In this document: one piece after another, positions 50,069 to 63,400 of the stretch
How positions within the stretch are numbered: position 1 is the first letter of the stretch
How the letters are laid out: the number at the start of each line of letters is the position of its first letter
Source: Nageia nagi
Lineage: Eukaryota; Plantae; Pinophyta
Direction of reading: 5' to 3'
Length of the DNA stretch: 64,000 nt
NCBI GenBank assembly: GCA_050084985.1
Contig: JBITNC010000001.1
Location: 125,984,001 to 126,048,000 of the forward strand
Notes under the pieces: model-generated
Told to the model about the DNA's origin: nothing
The model's input: the letters and a program-made list of their open reading frames with translations, nothing else
Databases searched by the model: none
Made by a program: the position numbers and the translations under genes

Positions 50069-51138
50069 AATAAGTTATACATGATAATTTAAATAAATGA
50101 CTATAATAAACTAAATTAATATATACAATATTTATTAATTTAAAAGCTATATTATCATATTTATATGTCCAATATTTATTAAGTTGTAAATTGTATCTTT
50201 CTTTAGATGTAGTTATGTAATGCTAATATAATTATTCTTGATAGGATTGCAGGTGTGCATTAGGTTTATTTTTAAATAAGTAATAATGTCTTGCAACAAG
50301 TTGGAATAGATAAAAAGGTATAGATTTATTATACATAATTCTTGAACCTAAATTAGATTATGGCATTTTAACTCTAACTGGTATTCAAAAGATCAATATC
50401 ACTCTTACACCCATTATTTGCATCATCCAATTATATTAACTTTGTGATTGAGGTGGTGTATTACCATTGGACATCTTATAAATCTATGAGAAGTCAACCT
50501 TAAACCAATGCCCCCTTCATGTTTACTCTTTTCTTGGATTCTTCTTTTTTAATAATTATCAAGTCAATTTCTTTTACTACAAATAAGAAAATAGTTTTTT
50601 ATTGTAGCAAAACTAAATATGGCTAATAATTATCTAAAAGAATTTCTCTTTTGTCCATTAATGTTAAATACTTACTAATAGGGTGACTTTCTCTTCTATC
50701 AATTAATATTAAATACTTACTAAAAAGGTATTTTTACCAGGAATAGCTTAAGAATAAATCTTATTTTGCAAATAATGAGGATGAGCTTCCAATTTCCCAC
50801 TCCTAAATCACTATATTTTTTTTCATAAGTCAAAATTCATAAAATGCCACATATGAATTCTTCCATTAGCAAATTTCAAACCAAAAATTAATACTAGTAA
50901 GAATAACTTTGCATATAAACTAATAATATTCAAATTAAAGTCAATCAATGATACCCCTTTCTTGCTTTTTCATGTGCTCATATTTGAGAAAAATAATACA
51001 AGCAATAATATATCACTACCACAAGCATATACTTCACAATAGTTTCCATCAATTATGTTAAACACATATAGCAACTCAAAATTATATAGAATATATCAAA
51101 CAAGAAAAAAATTGGCATTCTAATAAAATAATATAAAT

Positions 51139-51385
51139 TTCTACATTTCATTGTATAATCTTCAAAGCATTACATTGCATATAAAAATCATTATTTTACA
51201 AAAAAATTATTATATATGTATTCAATCTCTTTCAAGGCATTATATTGTATATAAAAAAATTCTACATTTCATTATATAATCTTCAAAGAATTACATTGCA
51301 TATAAAAATCATTATTTTATAAAAAAAATTACAATATATGTATACAATCTTTTCAAGGCATTATATTGTATATCAAAAAACTCTA
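51139..51385. repeat. ~121-bp tandem duplication
   Basis: ttctacatttcatt(g/a)tataatcttcaaag... at 51139 and 51260. Confidence 0.9.
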
Positions 51386-51399
51386 CTGCATCTTTCTAT

Positions 51400-54300
51400 C
51401 TTTATCTCTTGTTGCTGCTCTATCTAATTTGACATCAAAGTTTAGCCTATGAGTCTTTATGCCTTGTGAAACTGGAGGAAAGTTTGCAATTGACGTAGAT
51501 GTAAAGCTCACCTTCTTACCAACATTTGCTCAAGAAGATCTCATGTATGTTTAAGACCTGTATCGAAGTTATCCTTACAAATTATAAATGGCTCTGCTAT
51601 CATTTGGTTTCTCATATATTTATTACAATCATTACCTTGAAATGATCACATGTTGCATCAATCATTTGAGCTAAGTATTATAATGAATTATCATTTGTCA
51701 CCATAGATAATGTGGATTCAACCATCTCAATCAATTTATGCTTTATTATTTCTATTTGTTCAATATTTGACTCACTCATTTGAGTATAAACATCACTTTG
51801 GCCTTCTTTTATATTGACAATACCTTCTTTTTCCTACAATAACAAGTGTATGAAAAATTAATTTATAAACACAAAAAAACTAAAAAAAATCATTAAATTA
51901 AGCTAATTAAAACTTACAATAAATGGATTCCAATAAATTGAGTTTTTGGTACCATAACTTTGTCCTTCTATTCCATTGAAAATACCTCCTTCTCCCTAGC
52001 ATAGTGTAGTGTCAAATAAATTATTTTACTAATACATAAAATTCTAAAAAAATATAAAATTAAGGTAATTGAAACTTACAAAAAGTAAATTTCCATCAAT
52101 TGAGTCTTTGGTACCATAACTTTGGCCTTCTACTCCATTGAAAATATCTTCTTCTCCCTAGCATAATGAGTGTAAAACAAATTATTTTACTAATACATAA
52201 AAAATAATAAAATTAAGATAAAATTGAGACTTACAACAAGTGGATTCACATTGATTGAGTTTTTGGTTCCATAAATTTGGTCTTCTACTCCATTGACAAT
52301 ACTTTCTTCTCTTTAGCATAACAAATGTAAAATGAATTGTTTTACTAACACATAAAACTCTAAAAAATCATAAAATTAAGTTTAAATTGAAACTTACAAC
52401 AAGTGGATTCACATCAATTGAGTTTTTGGTTCCATAACTTTGGTCTTCTACTCCATTGATAATGCATTCTTCTCTTGAGCATAACAAATGTAAAATGAAT
52501 TATTTTACTAATACATAAAACTATAAAAAATCATAAAATTAATGTAAAATTGAAACTTACAACAAGTGGAGTCACAACAATTGAGATTTTGATTCCATAA
52601 CTTTGGTCTTCTACTCCATTGATAATACCTTCTTCTCTCTAGCATAACAAGTACAAAATGAATTATTTTACTAACACATAAACTCTATAAAAGCATAAAA
52701 TTAAGGTACTTAAAACTTACAACAAGTGGATTCCCATTGATTGAGTTTTTGATATCATCACTTTGATCTTCTATTATATTGATATTTTCTTCTCCCTAAC
52801 ATAATGAATGTAAAAAAGTTATTTTACAAAAACGTAAAACTCTAAAAATCATAAAATCAATGTAATTAAAACTTATAATGAGTGGATATCCACCAATAGA
52901 GTTATCGATGCTAACTTCTTGCCACAATTCTTACTATTAAATATATGGCATTGGACACACAAGAACAATAAATTAATAAACATAAAAAGGCCTTATAAAA
53001 TCAATTAATGAAGTTATTTACAATAAATAAAGTGAAGAAACTATAGAATACCTTTTGTTTAGGTTCACAATAGTTGTTGTTATTGTCAATACCTTTATAA
53101 AAATAGGTTCTAATTCTATCTCCTTTCTTATTTTTTCTTGCATCAAGTTTACCTTTATTACATGTTTGCATAAGTATCCTTGTTATAAGAATTAGCATTC
53201 ATACATGCTAAAACTAAGACTGATTTGGATTACTCTATATGTAATACACTCATCACTTTGACTTTAAACCCATGCATGTGTTGGGTCAAAAAGATGTAAA
53301 GTGACATGGTTATCTAAATTTTCTTTTGCACTGCACCATGATATATTTTTAATCTTTTCAACATTTATGTTATGGAAAAAAACCATTCTCTTTGCATGTT
53401 TGACTCCACCAATAATACACATACACAATAGTAATCAAGGTATGAATAAGCCAATCAACTCTCCTATGAACTGTAGCATGAATAAATTTTAACCATATTG
53501 ACTTCAAATGTGAATGGTATGTTTCAATAACACCAGTTGTTTTTTATCTTGCATGTGGCATGGTGCGATAACATTTTGTCCACATACCTATCCTCCCAAG
53601 CCAATGATAATTGAAGTACTTAACAAATGCAACTTGTTCTTTGTGTTTTTCTAATAGCTTGATTGTAGAGGCAATGACAACATTCTCATTGGGAGATGTA
53701 TGCATAATCTCACCTAAATATTTGAATATCTCTTGATGAGGTACATCATCCTTAACTTTTGATATAAGATTTTTTAAACATGCTCTACAAGCATTCTAGA
53801 TGCACAAACATTCCTTGCATTTGAAAACCTCTTTATTGCAAAAAAAACATAATATATTATTATAAATGTTAAAAATATGCCAGTTAGAAAAAATAAAATA
53901 AACATAATGATAAATAACTTTGAAGAAAATGGGAAACATATAAAAATTTATATTACCTAATGTCATTTATCTCTGCAAAAGCATCATCAACCATAATATG
54001 TTCAACATCCGTGTAGGATCATGTACAATAATCCTAGTCTTGAGTTTTTCCATTCATTGTTTAATGTCTGAACTAGATGCCCTAAAACAAATCAACCAAG
54101 CAATGGGAATCCCATTATGGTGAGATTCAAATGCTAATAATGTGTATGCTAAAAACTTCATTTTATTAGTTCCAAATGTTGAATCCTAACTATTAAATAA
54201 TTATTTCGATGCTTTATCATTCACTCTAATTATTTCGGTGCTTGAATGCCCAAAGAAAATGGTTGCTCAACTTCTTGAATCTCCCTAGTAAGGTACTCTT

Positions 54301-55274
54301 GGTAGTAAAAAATATATTTAGGATTAGTTGCTTACCAAATTCAAATGCTTTATGCAAAATTATCATCAAAATTGTAGTTCTTTAGTTTCAACTTATTTTT
54401 AATATTGAAAATATCCTTCTTGGTGAGGAATTCATCTCTTTCTATATGCCTTTGAAATAATGTAACTTTCTCATGAACCATGTTTTGATGCTTTTGATCA
54501 ATGACATTCACTGATAATTCTAATAAAAGTAAATTTTCAACCCACTAAGAAAACCTTTACTAAGATGTAGAGAGTAATATGCTCTAGTACCTTTGAAATC
54601 AGTAGTCCTTGCCCATGGAAATGTTTTCCATCTTTATTAATATGTTCCATTTGAGCATAATTATCAATACTAGATTAGGTTTCTTAGCAAGAATTTTGAT
54701 ATTAAAATGGCATTAATATCCTCACCTTAGGTGCATTCAACTAGGTCTACTATTGGTACCTTTCTTAGGCCTCTTATCTTCCTCGTAATGTGCTTTAATT
54801 GCATCAATTTCTCTAAAGTCCTTATATCCATATGAACACCAATATCTATTTGAAAATTTATGATGTACAATTACAACTTTTATAGATGAGAAAATTATTA
54901 AATTACAATGCAAAAAATATTATAGTAAAACATAATATATAAAATAAAATTCCTAATTTCAAGTATAGTACTAATTGTAGAACTAGACTTACACAAAATA
55001 CTTAAGTGTCCTATTCACCTTGATATGTTCCCCTTGTATAGGATCTGACATAATGCTAGTATGATCTTTGTGAATGCTTGTTGCACATGATGAACATTTT
55101 GATTCACCTTGAATAAAATCATCAATTCTATCCATTGGGATCCAAGCAACTAGACTTTGTTCTTCACATCCTTGATTTCCCACCATTTCCCATTGAATAT
55201 CTTCATAGCAAAATATTCCATTGATAGGCTTATTTAATGGAAGAGAGTTAATAGTATCCCATTTTTTGTACCAT
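51400..55274 (-). pseudogene. MULE-type transposase / SWIM zinc-finger pseudogene (Arabidopsis At4g13970/At1g60560-like), multi-exon
   Basis: WDTINSLPLNKP...WIPMDRIDDFIQGES; YWCSYG; CHFNIK...EHINKDG; DSTFGTNKMKFLAYTLLAFESHHNGIPIAW; MVDDAFAEI; IETYHSHLK; SWIM remnant C...QGYLCKH (~53160-53210). GT-AG introns, many stops. Confidence 0.85.
51780..52900 (-). repeat. ~160-bp tandem array; each unit is a 78-nt exon plus an ~82-nt intron
   Basis: Donor GTAAG (cttac on +) at 51913, 52075, 52230, 52393, 52556, 52716 and degenerate at 52872. Exon 52561-52638 encodes REEGIINGVEDQSYGIKISIVVTPLV. Confidence 0.88.
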
Positions 55275-57559
55275 GCTTGATATACTTGAAAATATAAAGA
55301 TGTTCACTATACCAAATAGACCACATCAAATCAGTCCAATTTAATTTATGTGGTAAACAACATTCTTCCTAAAGAAGGTAACATAGCATAATATAATAAT
55401 AATATCATAAAAAAAAAACTCAAATGAAGCATTTGAATGCATTAAAATTTGAAATAAAATTAAAAAACATAGAAGCTTTAAATCTCAACAAAAATGTTAC
55501 TAAATACTTGAATTATATATACTAGAGAGGTTATAAAATAGAGATTGAAACATTTAATCAAAAGAATCATCAAGGATTATAATGGCACATAAAAAATAGC
55601 TTTATTATTTTGATTCCTATAGTATATTAACTTTTATTTATATTGTTGTTTACAATGGAATAATATTCATGTAGTTCATCACTGCATTGAAACTTTTGCT
55701 ATACAAATTTACTTAAAATTTCCAACCATGGAAATTCATTTGAGAAACATCATTTAATTAGTTCCACCAACTGTAAAATTGTTATTGTTTGTTATATATA
55801 GTTAAGGTGTATACAACCTTTTTTTTTATTGATTTTTCTATGCTTATTTCTCTACTTTGTCAATGCCAACTTTCAAGTTTTGGGTCATTTTTCACACTAA
55901 ATCTTCATTCATTATTTTTTTCCATGTTTGTATAGTTATCAGAAGCTTGCAAAGGTCACATGAATTGGTCTAATTAAATTCATTTTGATGCATAAGATCA
56001 AGTTCTTGCTACAAAATTGTACAAATATGAGATTATTAGCAATTATGGAAGTTATTTTATTATTGAGGATGATCATCTTATAACATCAGAAGCTATTTAA
56101 GGCCAAATGAAACTAGAATACAAGATTATGCAATAGAAAAGAAATGTTTACTTTTGAAATATAAAATAGATAAGGCTTCATCAAAGTTAACTAATTGGTT
56201 AGACTAATATTTTTGCTTTCTTGAGGATGAAGCTAATATCATCTATGATATAAGGATATGAGCTTCTATTTCTAAACATGGAAGATAGAAAATATCCTTG
56301 AGTGAGGATGTTTAATTTTCTTTAGGGGTAGTTTTAGGCTAAATAGTGTAAAATGTTATGGAAATATCAAAGGAAGTGCAATGTGAAGGCTTTTGTCTTT
56401 ATTATGCTTAATTTATTGAAAGAAATTTATGTTCTACCAAATGAAGTGTGTGCTTCAATGAGAAAGGGTCAAGACATGCATAGGTGGTGGGTATGAATGC
56501 TTGATCAACTCCTAGTGTGACTTATTGCCTTATTATTTGACAAAGATACTTATGTGACTCTTTTATTACTTTAATATTGTTTTTTTTAATTATTTCTTTC
56601 ACCTTGAATATTAGAAAATTTATGTTCTTTTATGTCATAATATTAATAATGATATTTTGGGCAAGGCTAAAATAGCCTAACAACAATAGATTGTAGAGCC
56701 ATAAGCTACAAATATATATGCTTCACACAAATTATACCAAAGATAATTGATGTGGTGTAATTAAAGATAAGTTGTGGTGCCTTACAATGGTCATGGTTGT
56801 CAAGTTTTTGCTGGTTTTACTATTGCTCCTAATTTTGTAACTCAGTGCTAAGGAAGACAAGCTTTATAATGCATTGGTAAGATGGGACATGAAATAAAGG
56901 AGACATTAAGGTGTGGAGACATTGACCAAACTTGAAAAGGCTAGCATAGCTCATGGTATGTCTCTCAAATAAGATGACAATGGAAAATCAATAAGCAGTC
57001 TAACTAGCTTGGAAGAAGAAAAATGCAGCAAGGGTGGAACCACCCTCATGGATAAGACCTTGATTTGATTATATTTTACAAATGAGTGTCCCTTATAAAT
57101 TTATGCACATGCTAGGGTTTACATTTCTTCAAATGATATGATTCACCATGGGGTATGAAAACTAGAATGATTAAATACATAACAAAAAAATTGTAGGAAA
57201 TGGTCCTTCTTGATTTTTTTCTATAAAGTAAGTTTGAGTGTTGTATATCAAGATACCAAATCTATTTTAAGAGAAACAAGATAATAATTAATTTTTCTAT
57301 AAAATGTTTTAACCATATTCTATGAAAATACCATATGCACTACATATTATAGTGATAAAAATGTTGTGGTCTAGATATTCTAATCTTGAATCATCAACGA
57401 TAGAAATGCCAACCTGATAGGTCATCATATGGTGAAGGAGGAGGAGCAAAGTAGATTAAATCTATTGGTGGATTTGTTTAACCATTAATGGAGGATCTTT
57501 CTATTGGTTAACTTAAAGTTGGATAGAACAATGTATACAGACATTAACTCCAATGATTG

Positions 57560-57780
57560 TATACATTGACATGAGGAAAGAGAGGTACATAAATTTTCAT
57601 GGTTGTATGAAACTTAATTGGTGTGAGGAAATAGAGGTACGTAATTTTTCATGGATGTATGATCACATTTAAGTTTCATTCTTATGTTGTTGTTTGTATA
57701 TAGTTTTTAAAATGGTATGTTTATATTGATGTTTCAAATCATTTATATTTTATGGAGTTTTAGAATTATTATTTATTAAT
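57560..57780. repeat. Extra copy of the RLP upstream / repeat 'A' module with an internal ~52-bp duplication
   Basis: acattgacatgaggaaagagaggtac matches 36741 acattgacgtgaggaaagagaggtac; the motif is repeated at ~57624. Confidence 0.75.
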
Positions 57781-57790
57781 ATGGTATGTG

Positions 57791-57891
57791 GAGTTGGTAT
57801 CAATAAATACCATCATCAAAGCCAAGCTTAGTAACATCATCATTATCAACACACCACCCATTTCCCTTGCCATTTTTAGATATGGAAATAT
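57791..57891 (-). pseudogene. Relic of an RLP 5' end (signal-peptide region only), followed by its promoter to ~58200
   Basis: Reads IFPYLKMAREMGGVLIMMMLLSLA (first ATG mutated to ATA); the adjacent 57892-58200 is colinear with the RLP2 upstream region. Confidence 0.85.
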
Positions 57892-58295
57892 GTTAGAGGC
57901 TATGACATTAAATATGTTTGAAGTTGAAGAAATTAAGTCAAATGAAATTCATTAGGAGAATTTATATTGCTAGTCTAGTAACATCCATCCATTTGAAAGG
58001 ATGTTAAATAATTCAAAAGATTATTGAGGTGCAAAGATAGTGATCCAAGGATGCCATATTTTATTCATTCTTTTATCCATATCATCGATCATTTCATTCC
58101 TACATGATTAAAGTGGTAGGTTGGTGATAAGTTCTTTCTTCATGATGGAATATAATATTGCATAAATTTACGTGACTAAAGAGAGATATGTAATTTTTCA
58201 TATGGTTGTGTGACTGTATTTTCATTTTCATTTTGTGTTTTGTGGTTACATGTGTATAGATGAGATTAATAATGATGTATGTTATATTTAATTAA

Positions 58296-58920
58296 TGATA
58301 GAAAAAAAAGAAAGAAACAAAACATATTAGTGACCTTAGATGGCCAAAAATGGTTTATGGGACTAGAAAGTACAATCATGTAAATTAAGCCTACAATCCT
58401 TTGGTGGGGCCTATAAATAAAAGATAAAAGAATTAATAAATACAATCGTATAAGAGAAACCTAACCCTAAAAGAAAGGAGGTATAGAAAAACTAAGACTC
58501 TTATGAAATGTCACTTTGGACCACATTGGGGGAGGATATGATAGTACTCTTTGCTACAGGGGGAGCTTAGGTATGATCACTATGCGATGTGTCTATGATA
58601 CTACTATTGGAGGAGAATAAGGATGTCGTCTAATTCATCCATGAAGGATATGATCAAACAAATCCATGAAGGATCCTCGATGCTCTTTATACATCTCTTA
58701 TTTTGATGTGGTCGATGCAAGTTCCCCTCTTAATATCTCCTATGAGCTCGCTCAGGGGAAGAGATAAGAAAAAAGGATGTGATGAGTCAATCCCCAAGTG
58801 GTTGTTGATTAGGATAAGAGGACGACCTCTCGAAAGTATAGAGCCAAACATCGTTGATTAGGATACATGATGAATGTGCTTAAAGAGTTATGTGATTCTC
58901 AAAAAAAGGCAATAATATCA
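58296..58920. mobile_element. Probable solo LTR inserted in repeat 'A'
   Basis: TGATA...TATCA termini, higher GC, GGGGGAG motifs; interrupts repeat 'A'; no clear TSD. Confidence 0.45.
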
Positions 58921-59240
58921 TTCTTGGATATCATCTATATTTTGATGGCATTTTGGAATCATCATTTTATTTATTATTTAAGTTATTATTCAAAAGTTAT
59001 AGGCTTCTATTTTATGTTTGTTGTCATATGTATGTTTATATTGATGTTTAAAATTATTTTCATTTTAATATAATTTTGAAATTTAGTTTTTCAATTTATT
59101 AGTTCAAGTTATGGGCTTCAATTTTATGTAAGAATAAATGATTCTAAAAACTTGGTAATATGATGGTATGATGGAAGTAAATGTAAGTATCATTTTAACT
59201 TCAAATTTATTATGGATTAAGTAATTCTAAAAATAATATA

Positions 59241-59394
59241 TTAGATATATTAAAGACATATATTTAAAAATATCGAGAGGTATAAATCTCAAGGTGTCTA
59301 TCTCATCTTCTTGGAAGAGTGATTTCCAAAATAGAAACCTCAAGATATACATCTTGAAGTTTTTAAATATATATCTTTACAATATCTAAGTTAG
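59241..59394. repeat. Second long palindrome of the 45522 family
   Basis: ttagatatattaaagacatatatttaaaaa...tttttaaatatatatctttacaatatctaa; shares the core ctatctcat(c)ttcttgg...tccaa(a/g)atag and the (C/T)TAG|T end with 45522-45679. Confidence 0.8.
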
Positions 59395-59559
59395 TATATA
59401 TATATTCCAAATAAAAATTAAATATGGTAATTTAGCAATTTACAAATACAATTATAAAAATAAAAATAACATAAAACCACAAACCAATTCTTTTATATAT
59501 GCAATTTTTTAAATATTATCAATTTATTTTTTAAAAATATATAGCAAGAATGATTACAT

Positions 59560-62500
59560 CCATAACATTCTATACTACTTTCTTTCTTGATTAGATATCT
59601 CAAAGTGATAATATGTGTGTAACAAAATCACTATCTAATCAAAAATCATCAAATTAGGCATTTAATCATATGTTTATTTTGTTGATCCTAGTGAATATGC
59701 ATCATATATTTCAATATAAATGAGAAAAATAGAACTAATAAAGGCTATTGAACAAGTCCTACTTCACCGACTTCAATGGTTTGTGTTACATAATTTTGGT
59801 CCACCAAAGGTGATCCCACTTATGTGTTTTATTATGTGAATCTATATTTTTTTGTTTGACTTATCGATATTTTTCTATCTACTCGATCTTGATTACAAAA
59901 TCTACTCTTAGGATTCTCAATGTTTATGTAGTTGTATGTACCAGCATTACTATTTAAGGCTTCACATATACACTACCTCAAGCAATAACACTAAGGTTTT
60001 AGTCTATATTTGATGTGGGGATTTGTATATCAACATCACTATCCTTGAAAAGCTCCTATCTATGTATAATCTCCATCATCCTAAGTAAGGTTGATTAAGT
60101 ATCTAGCTATCTCTTTATCCCTTTTTCATTAGGATATCAATGTTATCTTGATCCAATACTATAAGTATTGCTTTATTTGTTTCCATTCTATCATAATTTA
60201 GAGTAATTTTCTTAAGATCGAATATGAATATTTTACTATAGTTTATACTTAGTTTAATATTAGGGATCACTACAAATAATCAATAATTTATTCATCACTT
60301 CAATTACTAGCCAACCCCTCTTCTATTTTCTTCACCTCCTAGAGGTTAATGTTGAATGCCTTGGAGAGAACCATTGTGAGAATGGTGGGATTGGTGAAAA
60401 ATATATTTTGGTGAATAAAGAAATTCCCAAATTTTGATTATTCAACATTGGTATTATCAATCAAGGAGTGCTTTTGATATTATGTTGGTAGTCCACCAAT
60501 CCCTTGGAATTGTAAACATAGGACCCAAATGAAGCTCTATATCCAAAGGAGTCCATGGATATCCTATAATCAAATAAAAGTATTACCTCATATAATACAA
60601 AGCTTGAGTTTTCAAATTACATTTAATAAAATTTTAGTGTTGTTAATAATTTATATAGGTTTGTGTATAATATTTTATGTTATTAGTCAACTTTTTTATT
60701 TTATTTTTTAATTATTTCAAATATAGATGATATATGTTAAATGGATACACATACAACATTTAGGTTATCCCTACGTCCCTTGTTTTTAGCTATAGGATGA
60801 CATAACAAGCATAAATAAATTAGACATTCATAGTAAAAAAATATAAATATGAGACATTTTTAGCTTAGATAATCATATTTCACATTTCTCTTTGTAAGTA
60901 ATTAGATATTGAATCATTATATAAATATATAAATATTTATAAGGTAAAAATAACTAGATTAAATAAATTATAATTAATTACTCCCCAATATGTTATATGT
61001 AATTTCTTTTAATGTAGAGAGAGAGAGAGAGAGAAAGATTTTTTATTTAGTAATAATGTTTGTACTATTCTCATGATCAAATCTTAACTTTTAACATCTT
61101 AGAGAATTTTCTACATGTTATTTGTAAAATTCATTATTATATCAAAGCACACAAGTTTGTAGGGGTTATTAGTAGTATCAAAATCAAAATGTTACTTATT
61201 TGTATCATATAATAAGTTATATTTCTACAATGTTCCAAAAGTTTAGGAGGTTATCAACCTTGAAGGGATGACAAGGATTAAAAAGTGGTGAGATACTAAA
61301 TACAACCCTTAAAGAGTGTAGTAAGGATGTTTAACTTGATCATATGAACCTACCAAGATATGTAATAAAATTCACTAATGGTGTCTTATGAATCAAGACC
61401 ATCAATTCCCAAAAATCATCTTCAAATCAGTATATGTATATTAATGTATAAATACATGTATAAAGTATCATTAAATTTTAAAAAGATGAAGATTTAATTA
61501 TATAAAAATTTTCATGAAATTATTTCTTTAGGCCTCTATCCATGAAATTTTTTTTATCATGAAAACAACTATATTGACAAGGGTGGCCTAATATATCAAC
61601 CTGCATCATGTGTGGATAATCTTTAAAATTAATATCATACTTACTCTTCCATTGTAATTTTTCTTCTAGACACTTGAACTATGTATTATTTACTTTTGGC
61701 ATATAATGGGTTATTACTTGTATGATGGATGAATATTTACCCTTAGTACAATTCATATCCTAGTAAATTACCTATAGTGGTCTAGAAAGCTTCTTTAGCA
61801 ATATTTTATGGATTGTGTGGCTTGGTACAAGAGATTTAGGATAAACTAAGCATCCAGTTGAAGCACATTTGGGTGGCCATGGATTCCCAAACTTGTGATC
61901 CCATGCTAATCAATAGATTCTTCAAGAAGTGGTGATGCCTTCCACCTAATTTTTATACTTTATATCATAGTCACATATGCATATCTCAATTGAATTCAAC
62001 TTCAATAGAGGTTTAGAGACATGTAATCTACTAAGCTCCTTACTCATTATGAATCTAGGTACCATGATATCCATGGTTTTGATCTAAAGTCCCTCCTTAA
62101 CCTATTCAAAATGTGTATTGCGATGATCCCCTTTGGGTTAACTCCAAAAACCAACATTCATAAGAGACAAAAGAGTCTCAAATTTTGTATATCCTTTTTG
62201 TACATTTTTCCCCCTGACAACACTCTATGCAATATGTTATTTTAGTTAATACAAATCTTTTTACTACCAAAAAAGGGGGGGTTTTGAAGTCTCCCCCAAC
62301 ATTCTAGGCAGAATTTCCAAATGTATTTCCTTATATTTACATATAAAGATTATGGTAAATTATTTCAAAAGGAGAATAAAGTCTCTATATAATTCTACTA
62401 AAATATAAATAAGATAAAAAAAATTTAATAAAAGATTTACCCCACCATTAATATATTGGTTAAATATGGTAATAATAGAATAATAGTATTCAAACTATTC

Positions 62501-63400
62501 AAAAAAGAATAAAGTTACATTCCTTTATCTCCTTATCCTATCCTAATATCCTATCAAGTTTGATCAAGTTCTTTTATGCTTCATCCACCAGAAGAGATCT
62601 TTATTATTAAAATTAAATAAAATAAAGGTGGATCTCTTCATTGAAATAGAAATTATGTTTATGTTTTCTATAAAACTTGTAATATATTCATAAAATATAC
62701 ATTTATCCACCACAATGATTTTATTTTTTTCTAGGTTTTCTTTTTGGTATATTTTTCAACTTGAATCTTATGTTTTCTTCTTATGAATCTACTTGATTCT
62801 TTCACATTTTTTAACATATTGATCAATAGATAATTGTGTCAACTTTTTACTTAACTTTAAGATGTTACAAAGCATTTTGGAGTGCCTATATAATTATTCA
62901 TATTCTATGGATTTTGTTGCATGATCTCAAACTTTCTTCCTTCATAATAAGAGGCAAATTTGGAGTCATATTTATTGATTCTAACAATCTGTATTTTGAT
63001 GAGTTTAGTGATTTTACCCTTTTCTTAGATGAATTAAATAAAATCTCCTTTGTATTATATAATTTATGCCACACCTTATATTCATGATATGAATGAGAGT
63101 AACTTCCATTACCAATACCATGATTTATCTAAATATTATGCTCTCCACCTACCACAACATGCATTGTAATCATCTTCAACAACCCTTTAAATTTTAGAGT
63201 AGAAATATTTCCCACCTAAATAACATTGATTGAATTTTCTAAATATTAGAATAAAAAGGCCATTATATTCATAAGCTTTCTCCTTTGAATATGGTTCATA
63301 ATGGGAATATCATAACTATGAACTATAAAATAGCTATCATCTAATATGAGGAATGACATGATTGGTACTGCAACAATATTCTATAGTTTAGGAAGTGAAT
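59560..63400 (-). mobile_element. Degenerate L1-clade LINE (endonuclease-RT remnant)
   Basis: VGGDF(N) AP-endonuclease motif at ~62285-62300 (rc of gaagtctcccccaacatt); LIxIP and GxxQG-like RT traces at ~60030-60520; heavily decayed. Confidence 0.55.

Noticed and set aside
51780-52900. CRISPR-like or satellite interpretation of the 160-bp array
   Set aside because: The whole unit is repeated with no unique spacers, the context is eukaryotic, there are no cas genes, and the units carry splice signals.
55900-57540. Possible further TE coding remnants (zinc-knuckle-like trace near 56870)
   Set aside because: Too decayed to assign a family or boundaries.
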